Shown here piece by piece: positions 1-11,435 of a DNA stretch of 64,000 nucleotides. The stretch lies in assembly GCA_002269645.1 (NCBI GenBank), contig NIVC01000255.1:558001-622000 (forward strand). Direction: 5' to 3'. Each line of letters opens with the position of its first letter. The first letter of the stretch is position 1. The DNA is from Macrostomum lignano (Eukaryota). The translations under genes and the position numbers were made by a program. The notes below the pieces were generated by a model. The model was given only the letters and a program-made list of their open reading frames with translations. It was not told where the DNA came from and did not search any database.

Positions 1-851
1 GCTACGTTTATCCGCTTCCCAGCCTTCGTCATGACTTCCTCGGGCGGCTGCAATGTGTCGATTAATGTCCAAAAATGTCCAAGGACATCGACATTTCTAA
101 TATAAGGCAATGAAGAGGGGACAGTTTTAAAAGTCTTTTAAAACCTCAAAACGCTTTTTGAAGTTCATTTGAATCCTACCTACATCAATAGACGAATGAA
201 TATAATGGACTGCTAGTCTAGCCAACATCAAGGGATGAAGACATAGAATGGATTGCTATTATTTTACAAAATAATTTATAAAAGCCGAACATACACTACA
301 GTGCTATATAATTGCCTATACAATTCACATTTTCTATACTATTATGTCTATTGTACATATAATAATATTGTATACTGTCTGTCCATACAATACATACAGG
401 TAGATAGATACAATGCAACTCACTCTTGCAGGCGTACGTTTTGAAGGTCGCTTATTCCCGTATAGTTACACGCCCGTTCACTAACAGCCGGAACTTCATT
501 GCTTCGATATATTGATCCCTTGGAGTCAACTGAAAGAGACAACTCCATAGGATTATTCGTGCTGTTGTATCTCGGATCCGAAGTCTTTACCATACCGCCG
601 GCTATGCGAACAGCATCGGCAGTATTGCAAACTTCCCAAATAGACCGCAGGTCCTTGCCGAAAACGCTGACTCTCATCTCAGCCGAGTCGTCCACCAATA
701 CGAATGAAAAAACTTCGCCTCGAACATCGTTCTTCATGTAGGACCTGATCTCCTTCGACTCGGTTACAAGGCCAGTAACCGCTGTATTCATGTAGCCCAG
801 TTTCAGGCCAGAGATTTTAGCCTTAATCTTCTTGGTGATTGTAGACGCCAT
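1..851 (-). CDS. RPA70-like OB-fold ssDNA-binding protein (Helitron-borne), exons 851-424 and 96-<1
   Basis: VFSFVLVDDSAEMRVSVF...YTGISDLQ matches RPA1 DBD-A. A GTGAGT donor at 423 and TTAG acceptor at 98-97 splice in frame to LQE|NVDVLG (start of DBD-B). It begins at DBD-A with no RPA70N domain. Confidence 0.85.
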
Positions 852-1877
852 TGTTGCTAAGTTGTTCAGTTTTAACAAAGTATAAACAAAACTTAGAAAA
901 TAGAAATAGAAATAGCTTCTAGAAATGTTGCAGTGCAAAATACTTCAGTAGAAATGGCAGGTTAAAACCACAATTTGCAGTACATTTCGATTTAAATAGT
1001 CAAGCCCCCACCCCAATCACCAGCAGTCAACCCACACCACTAAACAGCCAATCAGAATGCAGATACCCCTCCCTCACATGTCTGCAATCTCTTCGTTTCC
1101 AGACTAAATCCGCTGGGGTGGGTGGGCTCTGAATCTTGTGGCGTGATCTCACGACGCTAATTGAACTACCACGGCCAACCCCTCTCAACGTTGTCTGCGA
1201 CTTATCGTTTTTCACACTCATGAAGAGCAGCATAAACTTTCTTAGTCATTTATCCAGTTAATCTGAACTTGTCTGTGTTTACTCCATTTTCTCACCCTCT
1301 TCTCTATCTAATTCAGTCTTCTTATTCTTTTCTCTGTTTGTAGCCGCCGTCTCATTAGCTATATAATCTCCCGCCTACCTCCACCACCCCTCCTAATTCT
1401 TACTTGCAATCAACCATAACCCCGGAGTTTACACCTGAGTCATTGCAATGACTAAGAAAGTAGCAACAATTAAAAAGTGCAGGGTATTCTGTGTTGTTTA
1501 CCGCTTCAAACTGGTTTTGATTCAATCTCCCCAGGCCCAGCTTGGCTTAAGTCACCCAACCAAAACTGCGCTCTCACCCCTTCTCTCTGTCCAGTGTGAG
1601 CTTCACCCCTAAGCCGTGCATAGCTCAGCCCCAACCCGTCCAGCCACTGCCGTCACTCTTGCTTAGCTTCATTTGTCCACCTCAGCCCTGAGTGGCTAAT
1701 CCCCACACGAAACGGCCAATCGTGTTGGGCCAGCACCAATCCACCCCAGAAAGTTTTGCTGTATATATTGTAGATTCTTACTCTACGCCAACTTAAGATA
1801 TCCAATATATATATATATATAGTAAATATATTATCAGTATTTATTTTAGTATATTGGATTTGGATATAGCTCGTACA

Positions 1878-2642
1878 ATGAAAGTAACTATCGTAGAAAA
1901 GACTCACCAGCGCCGCCCGCCCCATCACCGAAAACGTAAGTATTGCATACATTGTTGGTTACTACTTTATCATTTAATTACCAACCTCCTAGAACTTGCT
2001 TTCTTTCTTCCTCTTGACTCTAAGCAGCAAACAAACCAATCAATCGCCAATCAATCGCCAACCAATCAAGAATATATATATACCATTATGAGGTTATACC
2101 ATCATTGATTCAATACCTTCATGCATTGAATCAATACATTGATTTAATATTGATTGAGATTATACCATCATTCTTAGGAACCAAAATCTCATTTTTATAC
2201 AGGGCTTCTTTCTTACTATCATTCAGTCCGTGCATTTTAATACATTCTCGGTTAATGCCCAATACTACATTATAATTTAAACCTTGAATTTGCTTTTTTA
2301 TCTTCTTTATTCTGAGAAGCAAACAAAAACAAAACAAATTATTCTTTTATACGAACCGAAATTTCATTTTACTTTCGGACTTGCGTACCAATCAAACATA
2401 CTGTTTTTATTCTAAAATCAACAATTTAACCATCCTTACTTCCTTTCATAGCTGTGGCCTGTTACTCCTGCGGAGGCACCGACCACAAAGTAGCCAAATG
2501 CAATGCACTACGTAATTACGTCCGCCAGCAACAGCAGCAGGAGCAGCAGGAGAAGCAGCAGGGGCAACAGGAGACGCGGCAACAGCAGCAGGAGCAGCAG
2601 GAGAAGCAGCAACAGCAGCAGCACAAGCAACAGCACAAGTGA
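1878..2642 (+). CDS. Putative two-exon micro-gene: CCHC zinc knuckle followed by a Q-rich tail (exons 1878-1935 and 2452-2642)
   Basis: CYSCGGTDHKVAKC is CX2CX4HX4C. The GTAAGT donor at 1936 and TTTCATAG acceptor at 2451 are phase-compatible, giving MKVTIVEKTHQRRPPHHRK|PVACYSC... Confidence 0.5.
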
Positions 2643-2862
2643 CAGCAGCACAAGTGACAGCAGCAGCACAAGCAACAGCACAAGTGACAGCAGCACAAGC
2701 AACAGCATAAGTGACGGCAGCAGCACGAGCAACAGCACAAGTGACGGCAGCAGCACAAGCAACAGCACAAGTGACAGCAGCAGCACAAGTGACAGCAGCA
2801 GAAGTGACAGCAGCACAAGTGACAGCAGCACAAGTGACAGCAGCACAAGTGACAGCAGCAGC
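2526..2862 (+). repeat. CAG-derived low-complexity tandem repeat (CAGCAG, GTGACAGCAGCACAA-type units)
   Basis: Directly visible; it generates artefactual poly-S, poly-L and poly-C ORFs in other frames. Confidence 0.95.
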
Positions 2863-2962
2863 CTGCTTGTTTAAGATCTCTTAAATAAATATCTTATTTA
2901 AGATTAAGATATCTTAAAAAGAAAATTTGTTACATATTAAAGTCAACAGACACCAAACTAAC

Positions 2963-3749
2963 CTGCTTGAGTAGCTCGGTGTACTTCACATACGTTGCAG
3001 AATCGGAGCTGCTCAGCAATCGGATGTTACTCGTCAAACGATGCCGCCGGAAAAATTTCCACAGCGAGGATCTACTGACACACGCCATAACGTTATTCGC
3101 GCGCGTCCCATTCAGAACAACTGGCAAGAGCTGGCGAAAGTCACCAGCGGAAACAAACAACAGTCCGCCGAATGGCACGTCCTGCTTTCGCACGTCTCGC
3201 AAGCACCGGTCGACTGCCTCCAAATCCTTCCGGTTAGTCATGGAAATCTCGTCCCAGACAATTAGACGCGCTGTCCGAAACACAGCGGCTTGTTTGGACT
3301 GCGCTCCAACAGAGCAGACGTCCTTGTTAGAGCAGACTGCCCGGATAGGGATCTTGAACCTGTCATGAACAGTTGGTTTCGGCGCAATCATGTACAGCGG
3401 AACAATGCGGCTTAGTCAGATAGTAAGCAACTCACGTGGAATGCGCAGTCTGCCCACCTGGCAACAGAGTCGCTGCGATTCCAGAAGCCGCAACGGCGAG
3501 GGCGACTTCACCCCGGCTGCGCACGAAGGCCAGCAAAACCTCCAGCAGGAAGGTCTTGCCAGTGCCAGCGGGCGCGTCCAGGAAGTGCAAGCCGCCGTTG
3601 CCGCTCACAAGATCCTCAGTCACTGATTCGTACACTGCTTTCTGCTCATCTGTCAGCATTGGTAAGCGCGCCTCAGTAATCTGCGCTTGCTCGACCGCAT
3701 CGAACTGCATCGGTCCATCTTGACTCTCGGTCAATCTCGGTCCATCCAT
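2963..3749 (-). pseudogene. Helitron PIF1-family helicase, N-terminal half (Walker A to motif IV)
   Basis: APAGTGKT, VAASGIAATLL, TAHST|FKIP across a 76-nt intron (3435-3360), IVWDEISM, FGG..AGDFRQLLPV, LTSNIR. Donor at 2962; no C-terminal helicase exon found. Confidence 0.93.
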
Positions 3750-6700
3750 GGGCTGTTCCCGCCCATGGAGGTCAGCATGCTCTGCAGCTCGCGCAGCGCC
3801 AGGTCAGTTATCACCTCGGTGCTCAAGTCTCGGTGATGAAACCGCAGGTCCTCGCACATATCCTCGGCAAAGCTGCACCAGAGGTCATTGCCATCCTCAG
3901 GGTCGCCCCATATGAGAATGACAGCCAGAAGGTGTCTCAAGGCTCTTGGCATTCTTGACTGAACGGCCTCAGCTAGGCACCGCCGCCAGTGGTCATCTCG
4001 CTGCAGCAGGCCGAGGGCCATGCAAGCAGCCTTGGCGCTCGGGTGCACAACGCCGTCCACGGTCTGCAGCGCCTCAAAGCTGGTTGGTCCCCTAACCTGC
4101 AAAAGGAGCATGCGAACATAAAATAAATCACCAGTTCTTGGGCTCACCGTGTACATGCGTGCAACGTTTGTGTTCCGCACTACACCCGGGTGGCCATCGA
4201 CTTTGGCGCCTCGCTTCGCTCGCCGCCACACTCTTTCACTGGCATGCCAAACGAAGTAGGACGGCACCTCCGTGTACAGCAAGGACCGAGCAAACTCGTC
4301 AGTACGACACAGCTTGAAAAATGCCGTCAGCGTAGAGTCCCTCGGCGTCCTGGCTCTAGCACTTGCGGTCTGCTCGTTGAAATACACGAGCTGCTCCTCC
4401 GACTTGTGAACGCAGAGCCGGATGACCGCCGGAAATCTGTCGTGCACCTGATCAGAAGGTGGGAGAAATAAATAGCTTTCAAGTTGTTGCTGACTACTTA
4501 AATCACAGCTTTGCAATATTTAAAATTTAAAATTACATCAAAGCCCAAAATAGTATTCACGGCTTCCATTGGGCCAATGTAGCGCGCAGACAGATACGCC
4601 TTGATTTCATCACGCGGCCTCTCTCCGTCGTTTGCCGCTGCCATTTGTGCCGGCTGTTGGCTAACCACAGCCTGCTCTTTCGGATCAGTTGAATTCTTAT
4701 TGGCATCGACTTTGAACGTCGCCATGTCGCCGCCCTTCAGCAAGTACTTGATCACGTATTTGACCGACTTCACAGTGGCACAAACTTCAACGTTCATGTG
4801 GCACGCAAACTGAAGCAACAGGTCAGGGCTGTATGGAACAACCCACCTAGATTATTATGAAATAATTATTGTTATAAACTTTTAAAAATACAAAAGCAAA
4901 ATACCACCGGGCAATTTACTATTATTTTAACTCGCCTGCTGTCCATGCCAATGCTCCGGACTTTGAACAGTTTGTCCACCGTAAATCCGCCCATCTCAGG
5001 CGACCGTCTGCGATACAAAGGGTAGCAACTATCGCTGGTCAGCGTCACCTGCTGGAACTCCTTCGGAAAGCCCTTGCTGCATTCGCCATTCTCCATGCAC
5101 GGGCACGCTGGATTGTCCTTGCCGCAGGGGCCATGGATCATGTGCGTCTTCACCAGCTCATACAGCACAGGCTGCTGTTGTGGGTCCGGAATCTCAGCAG
5201 ACACGATGTCATCGTATCGGTCCGGAGTCACCCGCTGGCCGCTCGCGAGCCACAGCAGAAAGTGCACATGGGGGAGACCTGGAGTATCAAGAAAAGTATC
5301 AAGACATCTTGCAATCTAATAATCCAACTTGTATCGAATTTGCATCACACAAACCCTGCCTATATTTAGTATTTTTGTAACGATATATAAATATTACAAA
5401 ACTTGATACTCAGACTTGCACTCACCACGCTTTTGATACTCTAGCGAGCAGACGTGCGCGGCCTCTTTCCCATAGCGCTTCGTTAGCTGGGCCAGCAGAG
5501 CTTTCTTCTTCATTTCAAAGACTCGGCTAACAATGTCCGGCCGGTCTTCAGCCCGCTGTCCAGGCAGCAGCTGGGCGCTGATCTCCGGCCAATTCGGATT
5601 GCATGTTGCCGTGACAAACAGGTCCGGCTTACCGAACTTGTGAACATAGGTCATAGCGTCCTGCAGTCTCTCCATCAGGTACCTTGGCCCGCCAACAAAG
5701 CTTGAGGACAGAAGCACATGTGCGGGCTTGCCTATGTCACTCGGATCTCTGTCAGTAGACCTGCCATCAGCTGCAAACAAAGCGTCCCGCAGACCGCTAT
5801 ACGTCTCGCTGCGCAGGTCCTGTTGATGGGTCCGCAAATACAGCAGCCTCTCTGCCTCAATCTTGGCACACATGTCCACCAGGTACTGCTGAAATAATCT
5901 TCGGCCATAGTGCAGCACACTGAACTGGCCCGCTCGCACCATGATTTCGCTCGCATAGTATTTCATGGGCGTCAATTTCTTGCCATTACTTATCCGCAAC
6001 TCTGGGTGCCATCCGTCCTCGCCATTCGGGAACAGCAGCACATACTCCAGCGGGTCATATGAGCGGTGCGTCTCGGTGATTCGCTGGGAACCGCCCCCAC
6101 GCAGCTGAATCACGACATCCCGACTGGCCGGTGCGTCCTCATTATCCTCAACGATCAGGATACCGACCTCATTTGCCGTAGGCAAGTTGTAGCGCCTGAT
6201 TTTGAACAGAGTTTGTGGGATACAAATTGAATCAAATTGAATGACTTATTAAGCATTTTTTCGAGTCCGAGTTACAATCAAAATCATAATTTCATTTTAT
6301 TTTCGCTTTCGTTTACATTTTTAAGTTTCGTTATAATAAACAAACTAACTTACCGAATGTGTTCCCCAGATGGTCGACGGTCAGGGTGAATCACAATTCG
6401 CGCATCTCCCAGCTCCGGGTCTTGGCTAATTCGCTCAGCGGCAGCCTTCAGGCTGCGGACATAGCCGTTGCATTCGTGAAGCAGCGTCTGCAGCAGCTCC
6501 AGTAGCTCCGGCTTCACCTTCTGGCTGAGACTCAGGCGGCTTTCGAGTTCGCGATCGTTGAAATACACCTGCCATCCCTGAGCTTCAGCCGAAGCCTCTG
6601 CTAACAGCGGCGCCGTGCGGTGATGCATCTGGCCGCTGATGATGAAGCTGGGACACCAGCCTGGCACCAACCGCAGTTTCGCACCCAGAGAGGTCAGGTG

Positions 6701-6929
6701 CAGCGCCGAGTTGTAGCTCCTGATGTTGGCCAGGAATGCGGCACTCAATCTGTGCCGCCCCATGTACAGATCCGCCAGCACTTGAGGCACGGTGCGGCCT
6801 GGCAGCTTCACCTTGCCTTTGGCGCAGCAGAAATTCCTGGTCTCCACGCGCCAGAGTAGAGCACCGCATTCCAGGCATGCCCTGTTCATTGGGCCGCAGT
6901 CATGGGCCGGGGCCTCTGGCCTTTGTATT
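3750..6929 (-). pseudogene. Helitron Rep (HUH/Y2 endonuclease) with upstream Zn finger, multi-exon
   Basis: CLECGALLW..CCAKGKVKLP Zn motif; YDPLEYVLLFPNGEDGW; GKPDLFVTATCNPNW (motif 1); EYQKRG|LPHVHFLLW (HUH); HMIHGPCG; KYVIKYLLKG (Y2). Confidence 0.93.
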
Positions 6930-7069
6930 CTGTCAGGCCTGTGATCGAGTTATATGCATGCACAAATGGTTACTATAATATAGACTGCCAAAATTTATGA
7001 AATGTAAAGTGTAAATATAAAAACTAAAATATAAAAAATTACACTGACCAGCAGCACAAATAAGCCTAC

Positions 7070-8415
7070 CTATTTAGAGCAGATCCTACATCAGAATGAC
7101 CTGCACCAAAATGACCTGAATCGGAAAGATCTGCCCTCTGCTCCGTTAAACTCGGCGCCTCTGCATCTGCAACGGGCTCGGAAACTGGCAGTGGATCAGT
7201 CACGCGCAACGACTCATAGTGCTCATGACGTAAAATGATGCGTACAATTGCAGTGGGTGGCTGCACAGTAGACATACAGTACTGCAATACACTGTCATTT
7301 GCCTGATAAATAACGAGGTCAACATTAAAAAACCGGCTTAAAAGTGGCACAACTTCATCAGGAACGTAGGTGCCTTCAGAAAAACTCATTAATAATAGAA
7401 TCAGCATTTTCCGGTAAAACAAAGCCTTCGTCAATCAATTCTGGCATTACCTGCACTGCACGACACGTCAGCTCATGCCTTAAAGACGCTGCATTGGTTT
7501 CAAGCGGAGTGCCCTGAAACTGGTCACATACTGCATGAAAAAAACAATTCCCATCACCCGGGATCCGAACAACACTTAGCGTATCGAATGGTGGTGTGGC
7601 CAACTCACCACTACCAAGCCTGAAAGATTGAAGTTATACTTTAGACTCTGAAAAGCTTATTATCACATATAAAAACTCCGACAAACACATTCTTACAAAT
7701 ACAGATTCTTAGAAACGTTTCTTGCAATGCAGATTCATAGAAATGTTTTCTTACAAATACAGATTCTTAGATTAGAAAACCTTTCTTACAATTACAAATT
7801 CTTAGAAACGTTTCTTAGAAATGCAGATTTCTTACAATTACAAATTCTTAGAAACGTTTCTTAGAAATGCAGATTTCTTACAATTACAAATTCTTAGAAT
7901 CGTTTCTTAGAAAGGCAGACTCTTAGAAACACAATTCTTAGAAAGGCAGACTCTTAGAAACACAATTCTTAGAAAGGCAGATTCTTAGAAACGTTTCTTG
8001 CAATGCAGACTCATAGAAATGCAGATTCTTAGAAACAGATTCCTATGCAATATCCACAGATACTAAATCTCTAAGATCCATATACTAAAATGCTTCATGA
8101 GTGATAAGTATAGTCTCATGAGTAAAAGCTTCATAAAACTCACCTGGAAACCGAAGCTCCACGGCGACGAATCTGCTCGGCTTCCAGTCGGGCGGCTCGC
8201 TCAGCCTCAGTCTCGGCGTCTCTGCGCTGAGCATCCCGCTGCCGTTGCTCTCCCAGTCGGGCAGCTCGCTCAGCTTCAGTCTCGGCGTCTCTGCGCTGAG
8301 CAACCCGCTGCCGTTCTTCTTCCAGTCGGGCCTCACGATCAGCCTCCTATTCAGCCTGTCGCCGTCGCTTGGCATCGCGACTCTTCTTTTAACTGCTGGC
8401 ACCGCGTCGAACCAT
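7070..8415 (-). pseudogene. Helitron N-terminus: charged ETEAERAARL repeats (exon 8415-8144) plus OTU cysteine protease domain (exon 7619-7070)
   Basis: IPGDGNCFFHAV (catalytic Cys) and HEHYESL (His). Splice phases join exon 1, OTU and the Rep exon in frame. Two nonsense codons in exon 1 (TAA, TAG) and a frameshift in a T-run near 7380. Confidence 0.88.
7700..8035. repeat. AT-rich tandem repeat (TTCTTAGAAA/GCAGA units) inside Helitron intron 1
   Basis: Visible repetition of ttcttagaaa, cagattcttag and caattacaaa blocks. Confidence 0.85.
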
Positions 8416-8685
8416 ATTACAATAGTAATAGTATAGAACACTAAAATAGTAATAGTGATAGTAATTATAGAATAGAATTTTAGTATATGGATAAAATTAA
8501 ATGCTTGAAATGATAAGAGAGTTTTTAACAGATTGAGTTGAATGTCTGAAGAATCGGAGCTTGTAAGTGCCTAACCAAACTTAATAGCAAGTTATTTATC
8601 AGGTCCTAGGGCTAGGCTATTGTTGTAAAAACTAAAAAACCGATAAGACAGATACAACAGAGTCGGTGTGGGCTCTCCAGTCCAT

Positions 8686-8800
8686 GGGCCAGTTCTATAA
8701 AGCCATAGTAAGATAAGATCGATCTTAGCTCCTATCTTCGCAGTGCAAAAGTTCCGACGTACGATCGAACTTACGCTACGACAGCTTTATAGTACGACCC
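8686..8800. mobile_element. 115-bp MITE, copy 1
   Basis: Imperfect ~23-bp terminal inverted repeats (GGGCC/TCGTTCTATAAAGCC...GCTTTATAGTACGACCC); a homologous copy lies at 42966-43080. Confidence 0.7.
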
Positions 8801-9099
8801 CCATGTGTGTACATTCGGAAGCAGAGGGCTAGAAATGTACACTGGCCTGCCTCAAGATTGAGGGGGTAAGGGTTTGGGGTAGGAGCTAAGGTCGGCACAG
8901 TCAAGCCCAAATTTCAACATTTAATTAGTCTCAGGTCTGTGCAATAATATTGGCAGTACGAGTAATTATCTAGCTGCCAACGGGGTGCACACAGCTCTGA
9001 AATCACAATCACAAAAATTAACGGCAAAGTCTCTCGCTGCGCGCAAGCTGATACAATTTTACAATGAAAAAAGCATTAACTCTAACTCTACTCTCATAA

Positions 9100-9372
9100 A
9101 ATTCAAACTGGTCACCTGTTCACCTGTCTGTTCACCTCTAGGCTAGCTCTCATTGTTTTTAATTAATGGTGAATTTAAAAAGTTTTATTTAAGTAGTAGC
9201 ATACAAATCACACGAGGCAGTTATGACATAATCAATTTCTCAGTCAGTCAGTATCAGTTAACAATATGGTTACTAGTATATGGCAAGTTTGAAGAAAATC
9301 GGTTGAGCCAATTTTTCTGAAATCTATCGCATACCTACCCACATACATACAGACAACTCATTTTTAGTATAT
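9100..9372 (+). mobile_element. Deleted 3' part of a non-autonomous Helitron-like element
   Basis: Shares the GAGGCAGTTATGACATAATCAATTTCTCAGTC core, GAAGAAAATCGGTTGAGCC and the TCATTTTTAGTATA end with later copies. Confidence 0.7.
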
Positions 9373-9499
9373 ACTAGCAATCTTCGCCCCCCGATGGGGG
9401 ACAGCTGGATAGAATCCTTGTTCTTTACAAATAACAAATAGACAGCGAAATAAAACCTTCAAAAAACAACAACAGACATTCCCTCTAAAAACAAAACAT

Positions 9500-9850
9500 C
9501 CCAAGACAGCAAGCATCCTCAGACAGCATTCAAGCATCGATCCCCAAATAGCAAGCATCCCCCAGACTGCAAGCATCCCCAGGTAGCAAGCATCCCCCAG
9601 GTAGCAAGCATCCCCCCGATAGCAAGCAACCCCAGATAGCAAGCATCCCCAGATAGCAAGCATCCCCCAGATTGCAAGCATCCCCCAGACAGCAAGCAAC
9701 CCCTGATAGCAAGCATAACCTGGATACAAAGATACCTTATAGATATCTAGCAACCCCCTCTCAGATAGCAAGTACCCTCCACCCACAAAAGCAAGCATCC
9801 CCCTGTAAGCAAGTATCCATCCTTAAAAAGCAAGCATCCACCAGAGAACA
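9500..9850. repeat. 18-bp minisatellite (ATAGCAAGCATCCCCCAG)
   Basis: Direct reading; related array at 27905-28115. Confidence 0.9.
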
Positions 9851-9894
9851 AGTAGCTAGTGCAACAATTTCCTTAGCTTTATAATGGTTCCATT

Positions 9895-11310
9895 TTGCTT
9901 GGCATGACACTACTTTTATGTTTGATATGGGGTCTCTTTTTTGTTTAAAAAGGTGGCTCTTTAATGTTTGACATGGTGGCTCTTTAATGTTTGACATGGT
10001 AGCTCTTTTGTGTTTGACATGATAGCTCTTTAATGTTTGACATGGTGGCTCTTCTATGTTTGACATGGTAGCTCCTTTGTGTTTGACATGATAGCTCTTT
10101 AATGTTTGACATTGAGTCACGTATATGTTTCACATGATGGCTCTTTTATGTTTGACATGATGGCTCTTTAATGTTTGACATGGTGGCTCTTTAATGTTTG
10201 ACATGGTGGCTCTTTAATATTTGACATGGTGGCTCTTTTATGTTTGACATGGTGGCTCTTTAATGTTTGACATGGTGGCTGTTTAATGTTCGACATGGTG
10301 GCTCTTTAATGTTCGCCATGGTGGCTCTTTAATGTTTGACATTGAGTCACGTATATGTTTCACATGATGGCTCTTTTATGTTTGACATGATGGCTCTTTA
10401 ATGTTTGACATGGTGGCTCTTTAATGTTTGACATGGTGGCTCTTTAATATTTGACATGGTGGCTCTTTTATGTTTGACATGGTGGCTCTTTTATCTTTGA
10501 CATGGTGGCTCTTTAATGTTCGACATGGTGTCTGTTTGATGTTTGACACGGTGGCTCTTTAATGTTCGACATGGTGGCTCTTTAATGTTTTACATGGTGG
10601 CACTTTAGTGTTTGACCTGGTGGCTCTTTAATGTTTGAAATGGTGGCTCTTTAATATTTGACATGGTGGCTCTTTTATGTTTGACATGGTGGCTCTTTTA
10701 TCTTTGACATGGTGGCTCTTTAATGTTTGGCATGGTGGCTCTTTAATGTTTGACATGGTGGCTCTTTAATTTTCGAAATGGTGGCTCTGTTTTATGTTTT
10801 ACATGGTGGCTCTTTAATGTTCGACATAGTGGCTGTTTTATGTTTGACATGGTGGCTCTTTAATGTTCGACATGGTGGCTCTTTGATGTTCTTAATGGTG
10901 TCTGTTTTATGTTTGACTTGGTGGCTCTTTAATGCTCGACATGGTGGCTCTTTAATGTTTGACATGGTAGTGCTTTTATGTTTGATATGGTGGGTTTTTT
11001 ATGTTTGACATGGTGGCTCTTTAATGTTCGACATGGTGGCTCTTTTAGGTTTGAAATGGTGGCTCTTTAATGTTTGACATTGTGGCTCTTTAATGTTCGA
11101 CATGGTGGCTCTTTAATGTTCGACATGGTGGCTCTTTTAGGTTTGAAATGGTGGCTCTTTAATGTTTGACATTGTGGCTCTTTAATGTTTGACATGGTGG
11201 CTTTTTAATGTTCGACATGGTGGCTCTTTAATGTTCTTAATGGTAACTCTAAGTTCGAAATGGTGGCTCTTTTATGTTTGACATGGTGGCTCTTGTATGT
11301 TTGACATAGC
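9895..11310. repeat. 23-bp minisatellite (CTTTAATGTTTGACATGGTGGCT)
   Basis: About 1.4 kb of tandem units; the variant block GACATTGAGTCACGTATATG recurs 230 bp (10 units) apart. Confidence 0.95.
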
Positions 11311-11371
11311 GCTTCTTTTATGTTTAGCAGTTTTTTGTTTTTAAGGTGTTTTAATAAAAAATCATTTTGCG

Positions 11372-11435
11372 CTACCAAGATTCGAACCCAGGTCGCTACA
11401 TTAGCAGTCCAGTCTGTTCGCATCTAGGCTATCTT
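11372..11435 (-). ncRNA. tRNA-derived (Ser-GCT-like) Pol III module inside the non-autonomous element
   Basis: Minus strand reads TAGCCTAGA (A-box-like), GGACTGCTAAT (anticodon-arm-like), GGGTTCGAATC (B box), then a T6 run. No complete cloverleaf. Homologues at about 13678, 25156, 27806 and 29601. Confidence 0.6.

Larger units (their letters stand above)
1..8415 (-). mobile_element. Helitron (rolling-circle transposon) carrying OTU, Rep, PIF1 helicase and RPA70-like genes; termini not located, left end outside the window
   Basis: Collinear minus-strand exons with Helitron signatures (see component features), joined in frame by GT-AG introns. Confidence 0.92.

Noticed and set aside
1027-1233. 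DKSQTTLRGVG resembling helicase motif V (NKSQGQTL)
   Set aside because: No upstream FP..AFA motif and no downstream YVALSR motif VI; treated as chance.
1236-1461. 15-bp inverted repeat ACTTTCTTAGTCATT / AATGACTAAGAAAGT
   Set aside because: No TSD and no second copy in the window; insufficient to call a MITE.
2503-2874. Poly-Ser, poly-Leu and poly-Cys ORFs here and around 15.4-16.2, 21.3-21.8, 22.8-23.2 and 36.7-37.1 kb
   Set aside because: Alternative-frame or antisense readings of CAG-type repeats.
9895-11310. Minisatellite arrays as CRISPR arrays or repeat proteins (also 26.7-29.5 and 31.2-31.9 kb)
   Set aside because: Units are contiguous with no unique spacers, there are no cas genes, the context is eukaryotic, and the ORFs are just stop-free repeat frames.
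11372-11435. Functional tRNA-Ser gene
   Set aside because: No acceptor stem pairing or long variable arm, and copies vary freely; kept only as a tRNA-derived module.
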